IMG/VR virus record: IMGVR_UViG_3300035507_000051
Span: 34,311-98,310 of that record
Length of the DNA: 64,000 nt
Origin: a virus
Lineage: Duplodnaviria > Caudoviricetes
Reading direction: 5' to 3' (one strand)
Shown here: piece after piece, positions 46,590 through 56,534 of the stretch
How positions within the stretch are numbered: the first letter of the stretch is position 1
How the letters are laid out: each line of letters starts with the position of its first letter
Translations under genes and position numbers: made by a program
Notes under the pieces: model-generated
Database searches by the model: none
Told to the model about the DNA's origin: nothing
The model's input: only the letters and a program-made list of their open reading frames with translations

Positions 46590-47573
46590 TTAAACAAATA
46601 ATGGAAGTATTATTTTTAAAAAAGCTTCTCTTCCTTTAGCTTTATAAAGGTCACTTATATCTTTTCCTTCATTAAATTGAGGTATAACTATGTTAGTAAA
46701 ACCAGTAGATTCAGCTAAAGATTTACCATCTTTTAATCCAGCTTCATCGTTATCTAGAAGTATGTATATCTTAGTAAATCTTCTTTTAAGTTCATTAATA
46801 GCAGTATTACTAATAGGATAACCTTCTCCTTGAATAGCTAGTGCTGGAATACCTGTATTAGCCCATAGACATAAAGCATCTTTTAGTGAAGAACAGATAC
46901 ATATCTTATTCCCATTATTAGGTACTTTAGTCCATAGGCTTATTACTGATTTATCATGCTTATTAGTCCACTTAAATCCATTCTTATTGAAGGGTTGATA
47001 GATTTTCAGTGTAACCTTATTTTCTTTATGCTCTACATAGGCATAGGCATATTTATCTGCCCCAAATATATATTCTCTATCCTTCTTTACTACAATTTTA
47101 TGGGATATAGGATACACTTCAGCGTATTTAAGCCATTTTATAGGAATACCATAAGAAGCCCAATACTCTATATCATGTTTTTCCCAATTTCTAACCTTAC
47201 ATTTAATATCAATACAGCTAGTGCCAACTTTATTGATATTGGTATTTATCTTTTTCACGCTAATATTTGATTGGTTATTGTTGGAAAGGTCATTATATAT
47301 TTTAACTAAAGTATCTTCATAGCTTACATTCCATATTTTCTTAAGTAAAGTGAGCAATCTTCCTCCTTCTTTAGTAGAAAAATCAATATAATTAACTTCT
47401 ACTCCATTAGGAGAATAAATACCCATAGAAGGATGATTATCCTGTCTTAAAGGACTATTAATTATACTAGGAATTGTAGTTATTCCCAGATAATGAGCAG
47501 CTATATCTGCTTCTGTAATTCTATCTAGAATGTCTTGTAAGCATATTGAAGATTTTCCTGGGGCAAATGCCAT
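46590..47573 (-). CDS. DNA primase (TOPRIM)
   Basis: SPLRQDNHPS N-terminal domain; SSLKDAL, QGE, LDNDEAG and KDISD motifs. Confidence 0.85.
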   Translation of the reverse strand: MAFAPGKSSICLQDILDRITEADIAAHYLGITTIPSIINSPLRQDNHPSMGIYSPNGVEVNYIDFSTKEGGRLLTLLKKIWNVSYEDTLVKIYNDLSNNNQSNISVKKINTNINKVGTSCIDIKCKVRNWEKHDIEYWASYGIPIKWLKYAEVYPISHKIVVKKDREYIFGADKYAYAYVEHKENKVTLKIYQPFNKNGFKWTNKHDKSVISLWTKVPNNGNKICICSSLKDALCLWANTGIPALAIQGEGYPISNTAINELKRRFTKIYILLDNDEAGLKDGKSLAESTGFTNIVIPQFNEGKDISDLYKAKGREAFLKIILPLFV

Positions 47574-47579
47574 GACTAA

Positions 47580-48512
47580 TTATACTTTAAACCAGGGATT
47601 GTTAGTGGTAGCATTTTCTGCAGGCATACCAAATGGCAGATCAGAATCAGGTGCAGTTTGGAAGTTAGTTGCTGCTACTGAATATACTTTAAAGTCACAT
47701 ACTTCAAAGTCAGTAGTAGAGAAAGCACCATTGTTCTTAGCACTCCTAACTTCAGCATCAAGCTTATTGTAATTAGTTTCTCGGTTCTTCAAGAACATTC
47801 TGTCAAAGAATGATTGGAACATCTTACCATCATCCTTCTTTCTAACACCAAAGAGAACTTTTACAAAGTTATCAGGTTGGAATGCAATCACATCCTTGAT
47901 TTCTGTGAAATCACCACTAAAGAGTTTGTCAATATTGTCAAATCTAGCGATGCTAAGATCTGCATCTTTCTTCAAGTGCCAGGCACCATTAACATACTCA
48001 TGAGCATCAGGAATGTTCAGATAAGCTTTGATAAAGTCAGTAAGGGCAATTTCACCATTATATGCAGGTCGGTAGTTAGTACCAATCTTCAAAGGCTTAC
48101 CTTCTTTACTCATAAGTTGAGTGTGATTGTTACACTCATCCTTAGTAGCCCAACCAGAGTTACCATATTCATCAATTACTTGAACTTTAGAGCCATCTCT
48201 GTTAAATCTATATTCTTTCTTAAGGAAGAAAGACATAGAAATCGGTGAAATGTCCTTGCCAATCTTCTCAGGGTTGGGTTTAACCAAGAAGGTAACTCTA
48301 GCATAAGCCACTTTTTCACCATTAGCTTCTTGAGTACCTACATATTCAGATTCATTTTCAAGTTTAGTACCATAAATTTCTTCTAGTTCTGCCTTAGTAG
48401 GATTAATTTTCACAATAGATACAGGGGCAACACCAATGTATCTTTCAATAGAAGGGCCTTCAGTTGATTCTACACCCTTGCCAAATGCCATAAAGATTTT
48501 ACTTTTATTCAT
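47580..48512 (-). CDS. Putative single-stranded DNA-binding protein (crAss-type)
   Basis: Lies between primase and recombination ATPase; DSDLPF near the C-terminus; codon usage suggests high expression. Confidence 0.55.
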   Translation of the reverse strand: MNKSKIFMAFGKGVESTEGPSIERYIGVAPVSIVKINPTKAELEEIYGTKLENESEYVGTQEANGEKVAYARVTFLVKPNPEKIGKDISPISMSFFLKKEYRFNRDGSKVQVIDEYGNSGWATKDECNNHTQLMSKEGKPLKIGTNYRPAYNGEIALTDFIKAYLNIPDAHEYVNGAWHLKKDADLSIARFDNIDKLFSGDFTEIKDVIAFQPDNFVKVLFGVRKKDDGKMFQSFFDRMFLKNRETNYNKLDAEVRSAKNNGAFSTTDFEVCDFKVYSVAATNFQTAPDSDLPFGMPAENATTNNPWFKV

Positions 48513-48523
48513 GTCTTATTTAA

Positions 48524-48898
48524 TTAATAATTAGTGGGATTAAATGGAGCTTCATTAGGTAAAGTTTCTACTTCTTCAACTTTAGCTTGATCATCAAGTA
48601 CTCTAGTTTGATCTATGTCAAAATCTACACCTGCAGGAACTTCAGGAGGAGTAATAGTATCAGAATACTTAAATACCCATTTACCATCTACTCTATCCAT
48701 AATTTCCTCTACACCAAAACCTTGAGTAATTACTCTAGTGCCAGTGTCCAAAGCTCTAATTTGAGTATTGAGGTCTTCTATTTCTGCACCAAGTTGATTA
48801 AAAGTCTCAATTAATTTGTTTCTTTTGGTAATAAATCTACCAATAGTAGCTGCATTTCTTTTAATAGCAGCTAATTCAAATTTACTAAAAGTTTTCAT
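48524..48898 (-). CDS. Hypothetical coiled-coil protein
   Basis: 124-aa ORF. Confidence 0.65.
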   Translation of the reverse strand: MKTFSKFELAAIKRNAATIGRFITKRNKLIETFNQLGAEIEDLNTQIRALDTGTRVITQGFGVEEIMDRVDGKWVFKYSDTITPPEVPAGVDFDIDQTRVLDDQAKVEEVETLPNEAPFNPTNY

Positions 48899-48906
48899 TT
48901 TCCTTG

Positions 48907-49587
48907 TTAGTTATAATACTCATTCATAGCACTAACTACTATTCCTAAATCATTAGGAATAAAGTCATCTACAAACATATCTGCTGGTGTTTTAGCAGGA
49001 ATTTCAACTACACCATCTTTAAATCTGTGAGTATAAAATCCATAAGATGCATTTCCTTTGTCATCATACCTAATACCACTATAAAGTACCATAGGTACCA
49101 CTTCTATAGGATTATATTGAGTGTCAAGCAATTTACCTATAGTAGCTACTTTATAACCAGTAACAGTATTGTCTGACATCTCATCTTCACTATGAAGAAG
49201 GAAAAATACATTTACATCTTCTCTCATTTGTTCGCAGACAGAGATAATTTGTTGAAAATGTTGAGCTAACTCAGTGTACTTTCCATATCCTGCTTCTTTA
49301 GCTCTCTGGAAGTACTCTTTTCTCATAATATAAATAGCATCATCTATGACAATGTTCTTTATATGAGTAGCTGCTTTATCACAAGCTTTGAGTAAATCAA
49401 TAGCTTGAATATAATTATCTACTCTAAAAAGATTTTTCTTCTCTGAGTTATACAAAGAATTACTTCCTTTAAAGGGCAATCTCTTGCCAAGTACATTAAC
49501 AATCATAGTATCATCAGGATTTAACCCCTTAATGCTACTAGATTTACCTGTACCAGATTTTCCTAAGATTATGCAGCAATTTGCCAT
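48907..49587 (-). CDS. AAA ATPase (Sak4/AAA_24-like recombination protein)
   Basis: Walker A GKSGTGKS, Walker B IVIDD, LLHSE and AKTP; likely start MANCC at 49587. Confidence 0.8.
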   Translation of the reverse strand: MANCCIILGKSGTGKSSSIKGLNPDDTMIVNVLGKRLPFKGSNSLYNSEKKNLFRVDNYIQAIDLLKACDKAATHIKNIVIDDAIYIMRKEYFQRAKEAGYGKYTELAQHFQQIISVCEQMREDVNVFFLLHSEDEMSDNTVTGYKVATIGKLLDTQYNPIEVVPMVLYSGIRYDDKGNASYGFYTHRFKDGVVEIPAKTPADMFVDDFIPNDLGIVVSAMNEYYN

Positions 49588-50755
49588 AATTAGAATTAAT
49601 TGGTTTAAATTTTTGTTTAGTATAAGCAATAAATGTAGTATTTATTCTTTTTCTAGATGCAACTAAATAGTCATAGATTGTATTTAATGCTTGTTTTTCT
49701 TCAGGTCTAGGTAATTCTTTAAAGAAATTAACTGCACCATCAAAATACAGAGCTACTAATCCTCCTGGACTACCACCTCTATTTACAAGTATCTCTAAGA
49801 ATCTAACATTATCTTTTAGTTTAGTAATATCATACTGCATATATTCAGGTAATTCATATTTAAAAGGGCTAAATAAACCTAAAGCCACATTACAATCTCT
49901 AGCTGTATATTTACTATCAGCTAGATTAGCAATAGTAGGCCTTACTTTATTTGACCTAATAGCATCTAAAGATTCTCCTTCAAATGCTTGTTGTTGAATT
50001 ACTACTGGACTATACCCATATCTATTCCTAAGAAGAACAAAGTATTCACTAAGTTTATCTATAGATTGCTTAAGAGACATTCCTCTTTCAGCTGAAGTTA
50101 AACTCACATGATCATAAAAGATAATTCTATATTCATCTGGGTCATCTTGTATATAATGGTCAAATGCATCTATTTCTCTAGTTTGCCCAGTGAATTCATC
50201 TTTAATCTTTTGTTTTCTTTTAAATACTGTTCCATGTTCTTCTGCATATCTTTTACACTCATTATAAACACCTGTAGGATTAGTAGATGCAGAAAACACT
50301 ATATGTTCTTCAAAGAAATCTATAATTTTTGAGTATTCTTCACTATCTAATAGCTCTAAATACTTATCATCTATTGGCTTATCATTTCTACTACTCTTGA
50401 GGTCTTTAGGAGCTATTCTAATTGCACCAGCAGATTTTGTATATAATAAATAAGACATAAATCTTGTCATTATATCATCTGGAGTTTCTTCTAGTGGATA
50501 ATAGAATATCCTTATCCTTAGTTGCTCAGGATGTTGATAAGCATAAAGCAAAGTATGAAACACAAATACAAAAGATGCAAATTGAGTTTTTGCACCTTTA
50601 GTACTTGAAGTTATCACATAATACTTAGCTTGTTCTAGACCTATAAAATCATCGCTAAATCTAATAAATGGTGAAGGTACGCTATTTATTCCACCATCTA
50701 TTAGTTTTTGTTTTCTCTTTCTAAGTCCTTCTAATACTCTACTTCTAAGATTCAT
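49544..50755 (-). CDS. Replicative helicase, DnaB/SF4-like
   Basis: Degenerate P-loop STKGAKT, YYPLEE, IFYDHVS, VIQQQ, LADSK..ARD and NRGG motifs. Confidence 0.75.
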   Translation of the reverse strand: MNLRSRVLEGLRKRKQKLIDGGINSVPSPFIRFSDDFIGLEQAKYYVITSSTKGAKTQFASFVFVFHTLLYAYQHPEQLRIRIFYYPLEETPDDIMTRFMSYLLYTKSAGAIRIAPKDLKSSRNDKPIDDKYLELLDSEEYSKIIDFFEEHIVFSASTNPTGVYNECKRYAEEHGTVFKRKQKIKDEFTGQTREIDAFDHYIQDDPDEYRIIFYDHVSLTSAERGMSLKQSIDKLSEYFVLLRNRYGYSPVVIQQQAFEGESLDAIRSNKVRPTIANLADSKYTARDCNVALGLFSPFKYELPEYMQYDITKLKDNVRFLEILVNRGGSPGGLVALYFDGAVNFFKELPRPEEKQALNTIYDYLVASRKRINTTFIAYTKQKFKPINSNYGKLLHNLRKIWYR

Positions 50756-51345
50756 GCTAAGTCAGTAGTCCAGTTATTATTTTGGAAATCTCCTGCTTCT
50801 GGATTCTCTAGATAAGTCATAAATTCTGATTCTATTTCTACATCTCCATTATTATTTGTTGGAGTTTTAAGCAAGAAATATTTAAGTAGTTTCATATATT
50901 TATAGTCCCCATTAAAAGAAGAGACATAGCTTTTAGTTGCTGTTATTGCCTCTTCTTCTGTAAATCTACAATTATATTTTACTACTAGATTTTTTAACTT
51001 TCTAGCTATTTCTGCAGTACTACCTCTCCAATTATAAAGAGTTCCTGGTTTGTTGCCTTTAGGATAAAGTTCTCTAAGTTTGTTTGCAACTTTAGTATAA
51101 AACTCTTCTTTAAATTGTCTAGAATCTGCAGAATCTGTTATAATATTAGTAAGAGTTTCCATGTTGGCTCTGCTTATCCTAAAGTCTCCTGGGTGTCCTT
51201 CTACATCTTCCATCCACATTTTTCTTTTTAGAGATTGGATAGTAGGTTGTATTTTACCTCCTCTAGCAAGAAATATTAAAAGAATACACTCTTCGAGAGT
51301 CAAGTCATACTTTTCTATTAATTCAGGATCTATAATAAATTTCAT
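50752..51345 (-). CDS. Putative replication initiator/helicase loader
   Basis: HTH-like N-terminus and LRELYP motif; directly upstream of the DnaB-like gene. Confidence 0.4.
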   Translation of the reverse strand: MKFIIDPELIEKYDLTLEECILLIFLARGGKIQPTIQSLKRKMWMEDVEGHPGDFRISRANMETLTNIITDSADSRQFKEEFYTKVANKLRELYPKGNKPGTLYNWRGSTAEIARKLKNLVVKYNCRFTEEEAITATKSYVSSFNGDYKYMKLLKYFLLKTPTNNNGDVEIESEFMTYLENPEAGDFQNNNWTTDLA

Positions 51346-52523
51346 AAACTAATTTCATTAATGTTATTAATTACTTTTATTAAATCTGGATTATAGTCTT
51401 TAATCATCTCGTTGACTATTTCCTCTTCTCTAGTTCTCACATAATAAGGAATTATTAAAACAGGTTTAGGATGTCTAAGTAGTCTACCTAATTTTTGCTT
51501 TATTAAGATAGTAGAACTATTAAGAACTGCATATATTCCAATTCTGCAATTAAGAAGATTAATTCCTTCATTTAGCATATTACATGAAGTAATATGGTTT
51601 ATTTTACCTGCATTGAAGTCTTGAAGTAGTTGGTCAGATAGTTTATTCTTACTATTGATGCAAAACCTACCAAGAGCTTCAGTGTGCATAATACTATTAC
51701 AGAAGGTTAGAGTTCTATAATTCTTAAATTTCCTAAGTATATCTCTAATATAATCAGTCTTCCAATTACTAAGAATTTTTAATCTATCTCCACATTTATG
51801 AAGATACATATTTCTTAATGCAGGATTTGGATTTTTATTACATTTACCCTTAAGCCATTCAATTTTACTATCTAAATCACATAAATACTGCCTTTTAGTG
51901 CATATTACTTCTACTTTAATGTCTTTTCTACGGATATAATTCCATCTATCTTTCCAAGTAGTAGTAACTTTATTTATTAGTTTAGGATTATATACTAAAA
52001 GTTCAGTAGGTTTAGTGTTATCTAGTTCAATAGGAATTAGGAAAACTTTAGGATCAGGTAGAACTCCCTCATCCATAGCTTGTCTAATAGTTCTTTTGTA
52101 GAAACCTAGATTAGTAAATGTATTATTTAATAAGTCTTTACATTTGTTGCCTACTGTTGCTGATAGTAGTATAGAACTTTCAGCGCAAATATCCTTAATA
52201 TACTCTGCACATTTAGATGTAATATGGTGAGCTTCGTCATATACTACAGCTGCCCATTTTCCCTTACATTTATGTAAAGATCTATAGGTAACTAAAGTAA
52301 ATTTAATTTGATTATTAGGCCACCATTTACGAACTTCCTGCATAAAGTTAGCTTTTAGAACTATTCTAGGTACAACTACTAGTACTTTATCTCCCTTTTT
52401 ACATCTAGATTTGAGTAATTCAAGAGCAACTGCAGTTTTACCATGTCCAGTAGGGAGTTCTATGAGTAAGTTTCTATTAGATATTCCTAGAATGGCTTCT
52501 TTTACAGCTTCTCTTGTACTCAT
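51342..52523 (-). CDS. Superfamily 2 (DEAH) helicase
   Basis: LPTGHGKT, YDEAHH, SAT, LNEGINL and QKLGRLLR motifs. Confidence 0.9.
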   Translation of the reverse strand: MSTREAVKEAILGISNRNLLIELPTGHGKTAVALELLKSRCKKGDKVLVVVPRIVLKANFMQEVRKWWPNNQIKFTLVTYRSLHKCKGKWAAVVYDEAHHITSKCAEYIKDICAESSILLSATVGNKCKDLLNNTFTNLGFYKRTIRQAMDEGVLPDPKVFLIPIELDNTKPTELLVYNPKLINKVTTTWKDRWNYIRRKDIKVEVICTKRQYLCDLDSKIEWLKGKCNKNPNPALRNMYLHKCGDRLKILSNWKTDYIRDILRKFKNYRTLTFCNSIMHTEALGRFCINSKNKLSDQLLQDFNAGKINHITSCNMLNEGINLLNCRIGIYAVLNSSTILIKQKLGRLLRHPKPVLIIPYYVRTREEEIVNEMIKDYNPDLIKVINNINEISL

Positions 52524-52924
52524 TTTTCTATTTTCTCTACGTAGTTTGTAATAAAATCAGTGGGATTAAAGTCATCATCTATTGATGCTATAAGCAGTTC
52601 ATCAAGGGCCTCATCTAAATCTAATTTAGGTAGAGTGCTTGTTATTACTGCTTTTTTAACTTTATTAATGGCTTCATCAGTTGGTGTAAATTCTGATAAA
52701 ATGATATTAAGAGGTTTAGCTAGAGCTTCTAATTGAATCTTCATAGCTTTATCTGCCTCTTTCCTAGCATCTCTTTCTTTATATAGCTGTATAATCTTTT
52801 GTACAGTTTCTGAAGGAATGTAATTTTTTAATAGTTCTTCAGTTTTACTTTTTCTATAGGCATCCACTTTCCTGCCTATCATACTGATGATAGCTTTTGC
52901 TTGAGATTTGTTTAATTTTACCAT
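52520..52924 (-). CDS. Hypothetical protein
   Basis: 134-aa helical ORF. Confidence 0.65.
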   Translation of the reverse strand: MVKLNKSQAKAIISMIGRKVDAYRKSKTEELLKNYIPSETVQKIIQLYKERDARKEADKAMKIQLEALAKPLNIILSEFTPTDEAINKVKKAVITSTLPKLDLDEALDELLIASIDDDFNPTDFITNYVEKIEK

Positions 52925-53399
52925 GCTTTTTTACTATTAATTGTAATTTATTAGTATATGTAGGATCAGTAGCATAGGGTAAAGATTCTAAAAAGCTATA
53001 GTAGTTATTGGGTGGTTCATATTTATCTTGTATTACTTTTTTATAAAATAATACAGATTCAATCCAATGATCAAATGTAAAATACTGTTTAGTTCTGCTA
53101 TTATATAAACCAAATAGATTATTTGTCCTACTATAGAGTTTTGATTCTCCCAATTGACTTTCTAGTATAGCTTGTGCATATACTATTTCTGGGTGATGTA
53201 CTTCATAGTATAACAGAGCTTCCCACAATCCCTCTTTAGGAGTTTTACTCATAAATAAAGGCTCTACTATAGTATCTTGTTCTACTATAGCTACTGGATT
53301 TCTATCAGTGACTTTAGGAGGATCACCTGTGCAAGCAATAATTATAATGCTTAGCACTAAAGCTAAAGTGATTTTAGTTTTTAGTTCATAATTTTTCAT
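52854..53399 (-). CDS. Glucosaminidase (GH73-like) with lipoprotein-like signal
   Basis: AQAILES, NNLFGL and YATDP.Y..KL motifs; hydrophobic N-terminus ending IIIAC. Confidence 0.8.
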   Translation of the reverse strand: MKNYELKTKITLALVLSIIIIACTGDPPKVTDRNPVAIVEQDTIVEPLFMSKTPKEGLWEALLYYEVHHPEIVYAQAILESQLGESKLYSRTNNLFGLYNSRTKQYFTFDHWIESVLFYKKVIQDKYEPPNNYYSFLESLPYATDPTYTNKLQLIVKKHGKIKQISSKSYHQYDRQESGCL

Positions 53400-53596
53400 T
53401 TGTTAATAAAGGGTTTTAGATTAATAGTGAATAGCTTTTCATGACCTTCAAATTCACTAGTTTTATAGTTAAAGTAGACTATATAGATGTATTTATCATA
53501 TATAACTATATCTATATTAGGCTTATAAGTTTTATTAATAAACTTACAATATAACCATAATACAACTATAAAGAATAATAGCTTAATGTAAATCAT
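53396..53596 (-). CDS. Small membrane protein
   Basis: 66 aa with an N-terminal hydrophobic helix. Confidence 0.55.
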   Translation of the reverse strand: MIYIKLLFFIVVLWLYCKFINKTYKPNIDIVIYDKYIYIVYFNYKTSEFEGHEKLFTINLKPFINK

Positions 53597-53618
53597 ATTT
53601 AGTTATAAAAGGATAATA

Positions 53619-53652
53619 AAGGTAGTAACAGAAATTAATCTATTACTACCTT
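53619..53652 (-). terminator. Hairpin, probable terminator
   Basis: AAGGTAGTAA...TTACTACCTT inverted repeat after the 53660 stop. Confidence 0.55.
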
Positions 53653-53659
53653 ACTATAT

Positions 53660-54022
53660 TTAGTCCTCTAGTATCTCATAACTAAATGAAATACCTCCCA
53701 AACTTTGAGATATTAGTGAAAGGTGAGCTTCAAGTCTTGCTTTTTTACCCATCTTTGTACACCAAGTGCTGTTAGAGTATTTGCCTCTAACTGAAGGAAG
53801 AGTAGGTCTACCCTCTTTAGAAGTCATATATTCATATGCTTCTTTACAGATGGAGATTACCTGTTTAGCAGTTTTACTAGGTCTAAGTTGAATTGCTTGA
53901 ACCTTAGCTTTTTGCTTTTTAGCAGGTTTAACTACTTCCTCTGAGTCTTTTGAGCACTCCTGCTCGCTTACCATGCCTGCACCTTGTACAAGGATAGTAA
54001 GTCTTACTTTAGATTCTACCAT
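53660..54022 (-). CDS. Hypothetical protein
   Basis: Start trimmed to ATG 54022 because the track ORF runs into tRNA-Leu. Confidence 0.6.
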   Translation of the reverse strand: MVESKVRLTILVQGAGMVSEQECSKDSEEVVKPAKKQKAKVQAIQLRPSKTAKQVISICKEAYEYMTSKEGRPTLPSVRGKYSNSTWCTKMGKKARLEAHLSLISQSLGGISFSYEILED

Positions 54023-54043
54023 ATTATTATAAATAGATATTAG

Positions 54044-54129
54044 TACCTCCAGTGGGACTCGAACCCACATAGCTACAATAGCCAAGAGATTTTAAGTCTC
54101 TCGTGTCTGACCAATTTCACCATGGAGGC
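54044..54129 (-). tRNA. tRNA-Leu(TAA)
   Basis: GCCTCCA/TGGAGGT acceptor, AGAGA-CTTAAAA-TCTCT anticodon arm, long variable arm, GTTCGAGTCC T-arm. Confidence 0.92.
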
Positions 54130-54148
54130 ATATTTAAGGCTTATAGCC

Positions 54149-55261
54149 TTAAATTATATGTTGATAAAGTGTAGGTTTCCAATCAAGATTTAATATCTTA
54201 ATATACCACCTGTCACATCTATCTTCAGTTACTAGAATAGAATCTTCATTTAGAGGTGAAATAATTCTACCATAAGGTCCAAATTCATCACCTACATGCA
54301 GATATGTAGCAGGGCAATTAATAGATACTGTTCTTTGATGAATTTGTACATCTTCCATAGTAACTATTTTACGCTCACCCTTAACAATATCTTCTTTACC
54401 TATAAGTTGATAATCTTTTTCAAAGTCTTTGACACTGTAAGGCTCATTATCTTCATTGAGATCATCACCTGTGATTAGTGAAGTGGCGCAATCATAATGA
54501 TATTTAGCACTTTCTACATTAAAGAACTCTTTCCAATCATCTATAGGTAAATCATGAATGTTCAATTCTTCAACTATAGCTTTAAGTATATCTATTGTAG
54601 ATATAGCTAAAGTATTTATATACTCAATTATGCTAGGTATATAATCTTTATTTTTAAGATTATCTTCAAGATATTCTTTTACAACTTCTATGGAAAGGTT
54701 ATTAAAAGATTTAATGTATCTAATTCTTGAAGGTCTACCTATCATGTTTCTGTTGATAGTAGGTGTGTTTGTAGTTAATAAGAATATCCTTCTATAAGGA
54801 CTATTCATAACTCCATCCATTATAGCTAGAATATCAGTATCTGATTCTTCTTTAGGGAAATTCTTCTCATATTCATCAAATAAGAGAATACAATCACCGT
54901 TAATTTTAGCTATAAATTCAGCTAGTCCATTATAGGGGTTATTAACTATGATTACAGGTAATTCCATTCTATTTGCTAGTATTTTAGCAGTAATAGTTTT
55001 GCCTGTACCTTTAACACCATTTAGAAGTATGCCTAGATTATTTGTAGTTCTATGGAAAGTATCCATTACATGACTAATGAATTTAGATTCAAGACCATAA
55101 ATCTTAAAGTTAAATTCAAAAGTTTCTGCAAATTCTTCTAGGAATAATTCATCATTTCTTCTGTCTTCTTGTAATAAATATACCTTGACAGGCAGAGTGT
55201 CCAATATTTCTATTGAACTATCTGCTTGTCTTAGTATATTACCGTTTTTTATATAAACCAT
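54149..55261 (-). CDS. AAA+ ATPase
   Basis: GVKGTGKT, LLFDEYEK, LTTN and RPSRIRY motifs. Confidence 0.85.
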   Translation of the reverse strand: MVYIKNGNILRQADSSIEILDTLPVKVYLLQEDRRNDELFLEEFAETFEFNFKIYGLESKFISHVMDTFHRTTNNLGILLNGVKGTGKTITAKILANRMELPVIIVNNPYNGLAEFIAKINGDCILLFDEYEKNFPKEESDTDILAIMDGVMNSPYRRIFLLTTNTPTINRNMIGRPSRIRYIKSFNNLSIEVVKEYLEDNLKNKDYIPSIIEYINTLAISTIDILKAIVEELNIHDLPIDDWKEFFNVESAKYHYDCATSLITGDDLNEDNEPYSVKDFEKDYQLIGKEDIVKGERKIVTMEDVQIHQRTVSINCPATYLHVGDEFGPYGRIISPLNEDSILVTEDRCDRWYIKILNLDWKPTLYQHII

Positions 55262-55271
55262 GAACTATTAT

Positions 55272-55445
55272 TTAGTCTATTATAGGTTGTTCTTTAATGT
55301 ATCTATGTATGATAGTTAATTGATATAGAGACTTCATAGTCTCTTTAATATCAGTAGATAACTTATCTAGATACTCTAAATCTTCTTTAATTCTCTCGAT
55401 GTCTAGATTTAATGATTTACATTCTTCTAGAAAGTCTTTATCCAT
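55272..55445 (-). CDS. Small hypothetical protein (57 aa, not in ORF track)
   Basis: MDKDFLEECKSLNLDIERIKEDLEY..; fills the gap ahead of the AAA gene. Confidence 0.5.
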   Translation of the reverse strand: MDKDFLEECKSLNLDIERIKEDLEYLDKLSTDIKETMKSLYQLTIIHRYIKEQPIID

Positions 55446-55469
55446 GTTATTTGTGAATTTAGTTTTAAA

Positions 55470-55512
55470 TAATGACCATGTACATCTATTTCTAGATGTA
55501 CATTAGTCATTA
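55470..55512 (-). promoter_or_regulatory. Long GAAA-tetraloop hairpin
   Basis: TAATGACTAATGTACATCTA-GAAA-TAGATGTACATGGTCATTA. Confidence 0.55.
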
Positions 55513-55548
55513 ATCAACAACATTATATTTATGGAACAAAATCTAACT

Positions 55549-55872
55549 CTAGTCTAAATGTAACCATTTAAGAATCTTCTTAAAGATTCTCTCTGAAATA
55601 GGTTCTGGAGTTACTTTACTATTGGCTTGGCAGTTTTTTCTGTTTGCCAATTTTTGATTCTTAGTGATAAGAATCAAACAAGTGCTACCTATATATTTAG
55701 GTGAGGAGGGATTAGATAGTACATAGTACCATCTATAATGAACTGCATGTTCAGTTCTATTTAACTGAACAGCTAAATCTTTGAAGTTTTGCCGGATGTT
55801 ACCAGCATTTTCTTGCATTTTGGACACCACTACTGAATCTTCATGGTCTGTCCATTTTCTTTTATTGGTCAT
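55549..55872 (-). CDS. Myb/SANT-like HTH protein
   Basis: RKWTDHED...LAVQLNRTEHAVHYRW pattern. Confidence 0.65.
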   Translation of the reverse strand: MTNKRKWTDHEDSVVVSKMQENAGNIRQNFKDLAVQLNRTEHAVHYRWYYVLSNPSSPKYIGSTCLILITKNQKLANRKNCQANSKVTPEPISERIFKKILKWLHLD

Positions 55873-55896
55873 AATAGTTAATTAACTTGTATTTAG

Positions 55897-55968
55897 TACT
55901 CCTAGGTAGAATCGAACTACCATTTAAAGTTTAGGAAACTTTTGTTCTGTCCATTGAACTATAGGAGC
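55897..55968 (-). tRNA. tRNA-Arg(CCT)
   Basis: GCTCCTA/TAGGAGT acceptor, AAAGT-TTCCTAA-ACTTT anticodon arm, GTTCGATT T-loop. Confidence 0.88.
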
Positions 55969-56051
55969 AAATTAACTCCTACCTTCACAGGCAAGAGTTA
56001 GTACATAAACTTAAAACATCTAATATCATCATGAACAGTTTCTATATAGTG

Positions 56052-56124
56052 TCTCCCTTCCCAGACTCGAACTGGGGTTTATGGTTTAGAAGACCATTGT
56101 TACTATCCACTGAACTAAAGGGAG
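56052..56124 (-). tRNA. tRNA-Arg(TCT)
   Basis: CTCCCTT/AAGGGAG acceptor, ATGGT-CTTCTAA-ACCAT anticodon arm, CCCAG-TTCGAGT-CTGGG T-arm. Confidence 0.88.
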
Positions 56125-56129
56125 ATGTG

Positions 56130-56160
56130 CAAAGGTAATAAATTATATTTATACTACAAA
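56130..56160 (-). promoter_or_regulatory. Bacteroidota sigma-A-type promoter for tRNA-Arg genes
   Basis: TTTG, 19-nt spacer, TACCTTTG ending 5 nt before the tRNA 5' end. Confidence 0.65.
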
Positions 56161-56180
56161 GCAATTGTAGTTAAATATAG

Positions 56181-56411
56181 TTAATACCCTAATATATGCT
56201 TATAACGCTCTACTGAATCTATAATATGATCATATATTTCAGTAGGAAGTTTTGCTTCTTTAAGATCTTCTATTGTTTGCTTAATAGAAGTAAATATAGA
56301 ATGATCTTCGGTAAAAGGTTTATCTTCATCTATAAACAAACCTGAATTAAATGCTAAAGTTGCGCATAAATCTATTGCTTCTTTTATTGCTTGAATTTGT
56401 TTTTTATTCAT
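56181..56411 (-). CDS. Hypothetical protein (paralog of 56535-56759)
   Basis: 76 aa; shares the M..K.I.AI..AI...A..A...A..P..I pattern. Confidence 0.65.
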   Translation of the reverse strand: MNKKQIQAIKEAIDLCATLAFNSGLFIDEDKPFTEDHSIFTSIKQTIEDLKEAKLPTEIYDHIIDSVERYKHILGY

Positions 56412-56534
56412 TGTATATGCTAACTAAAAGTTAATATGAAAAACCTCACTACTTTCACAAGCAATGAGGAAAAAAATCAGAAATAACCAACATTATCACA
56501 TGATTACTTGAATCAATTCACTATTATGCTAGAT

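Noticed and set aside
54023-54085. 5' extension of ORF 53660-54085
   Set aside because: It overlaps tRNA-Leu; ATG 54022 is the more plausible start.
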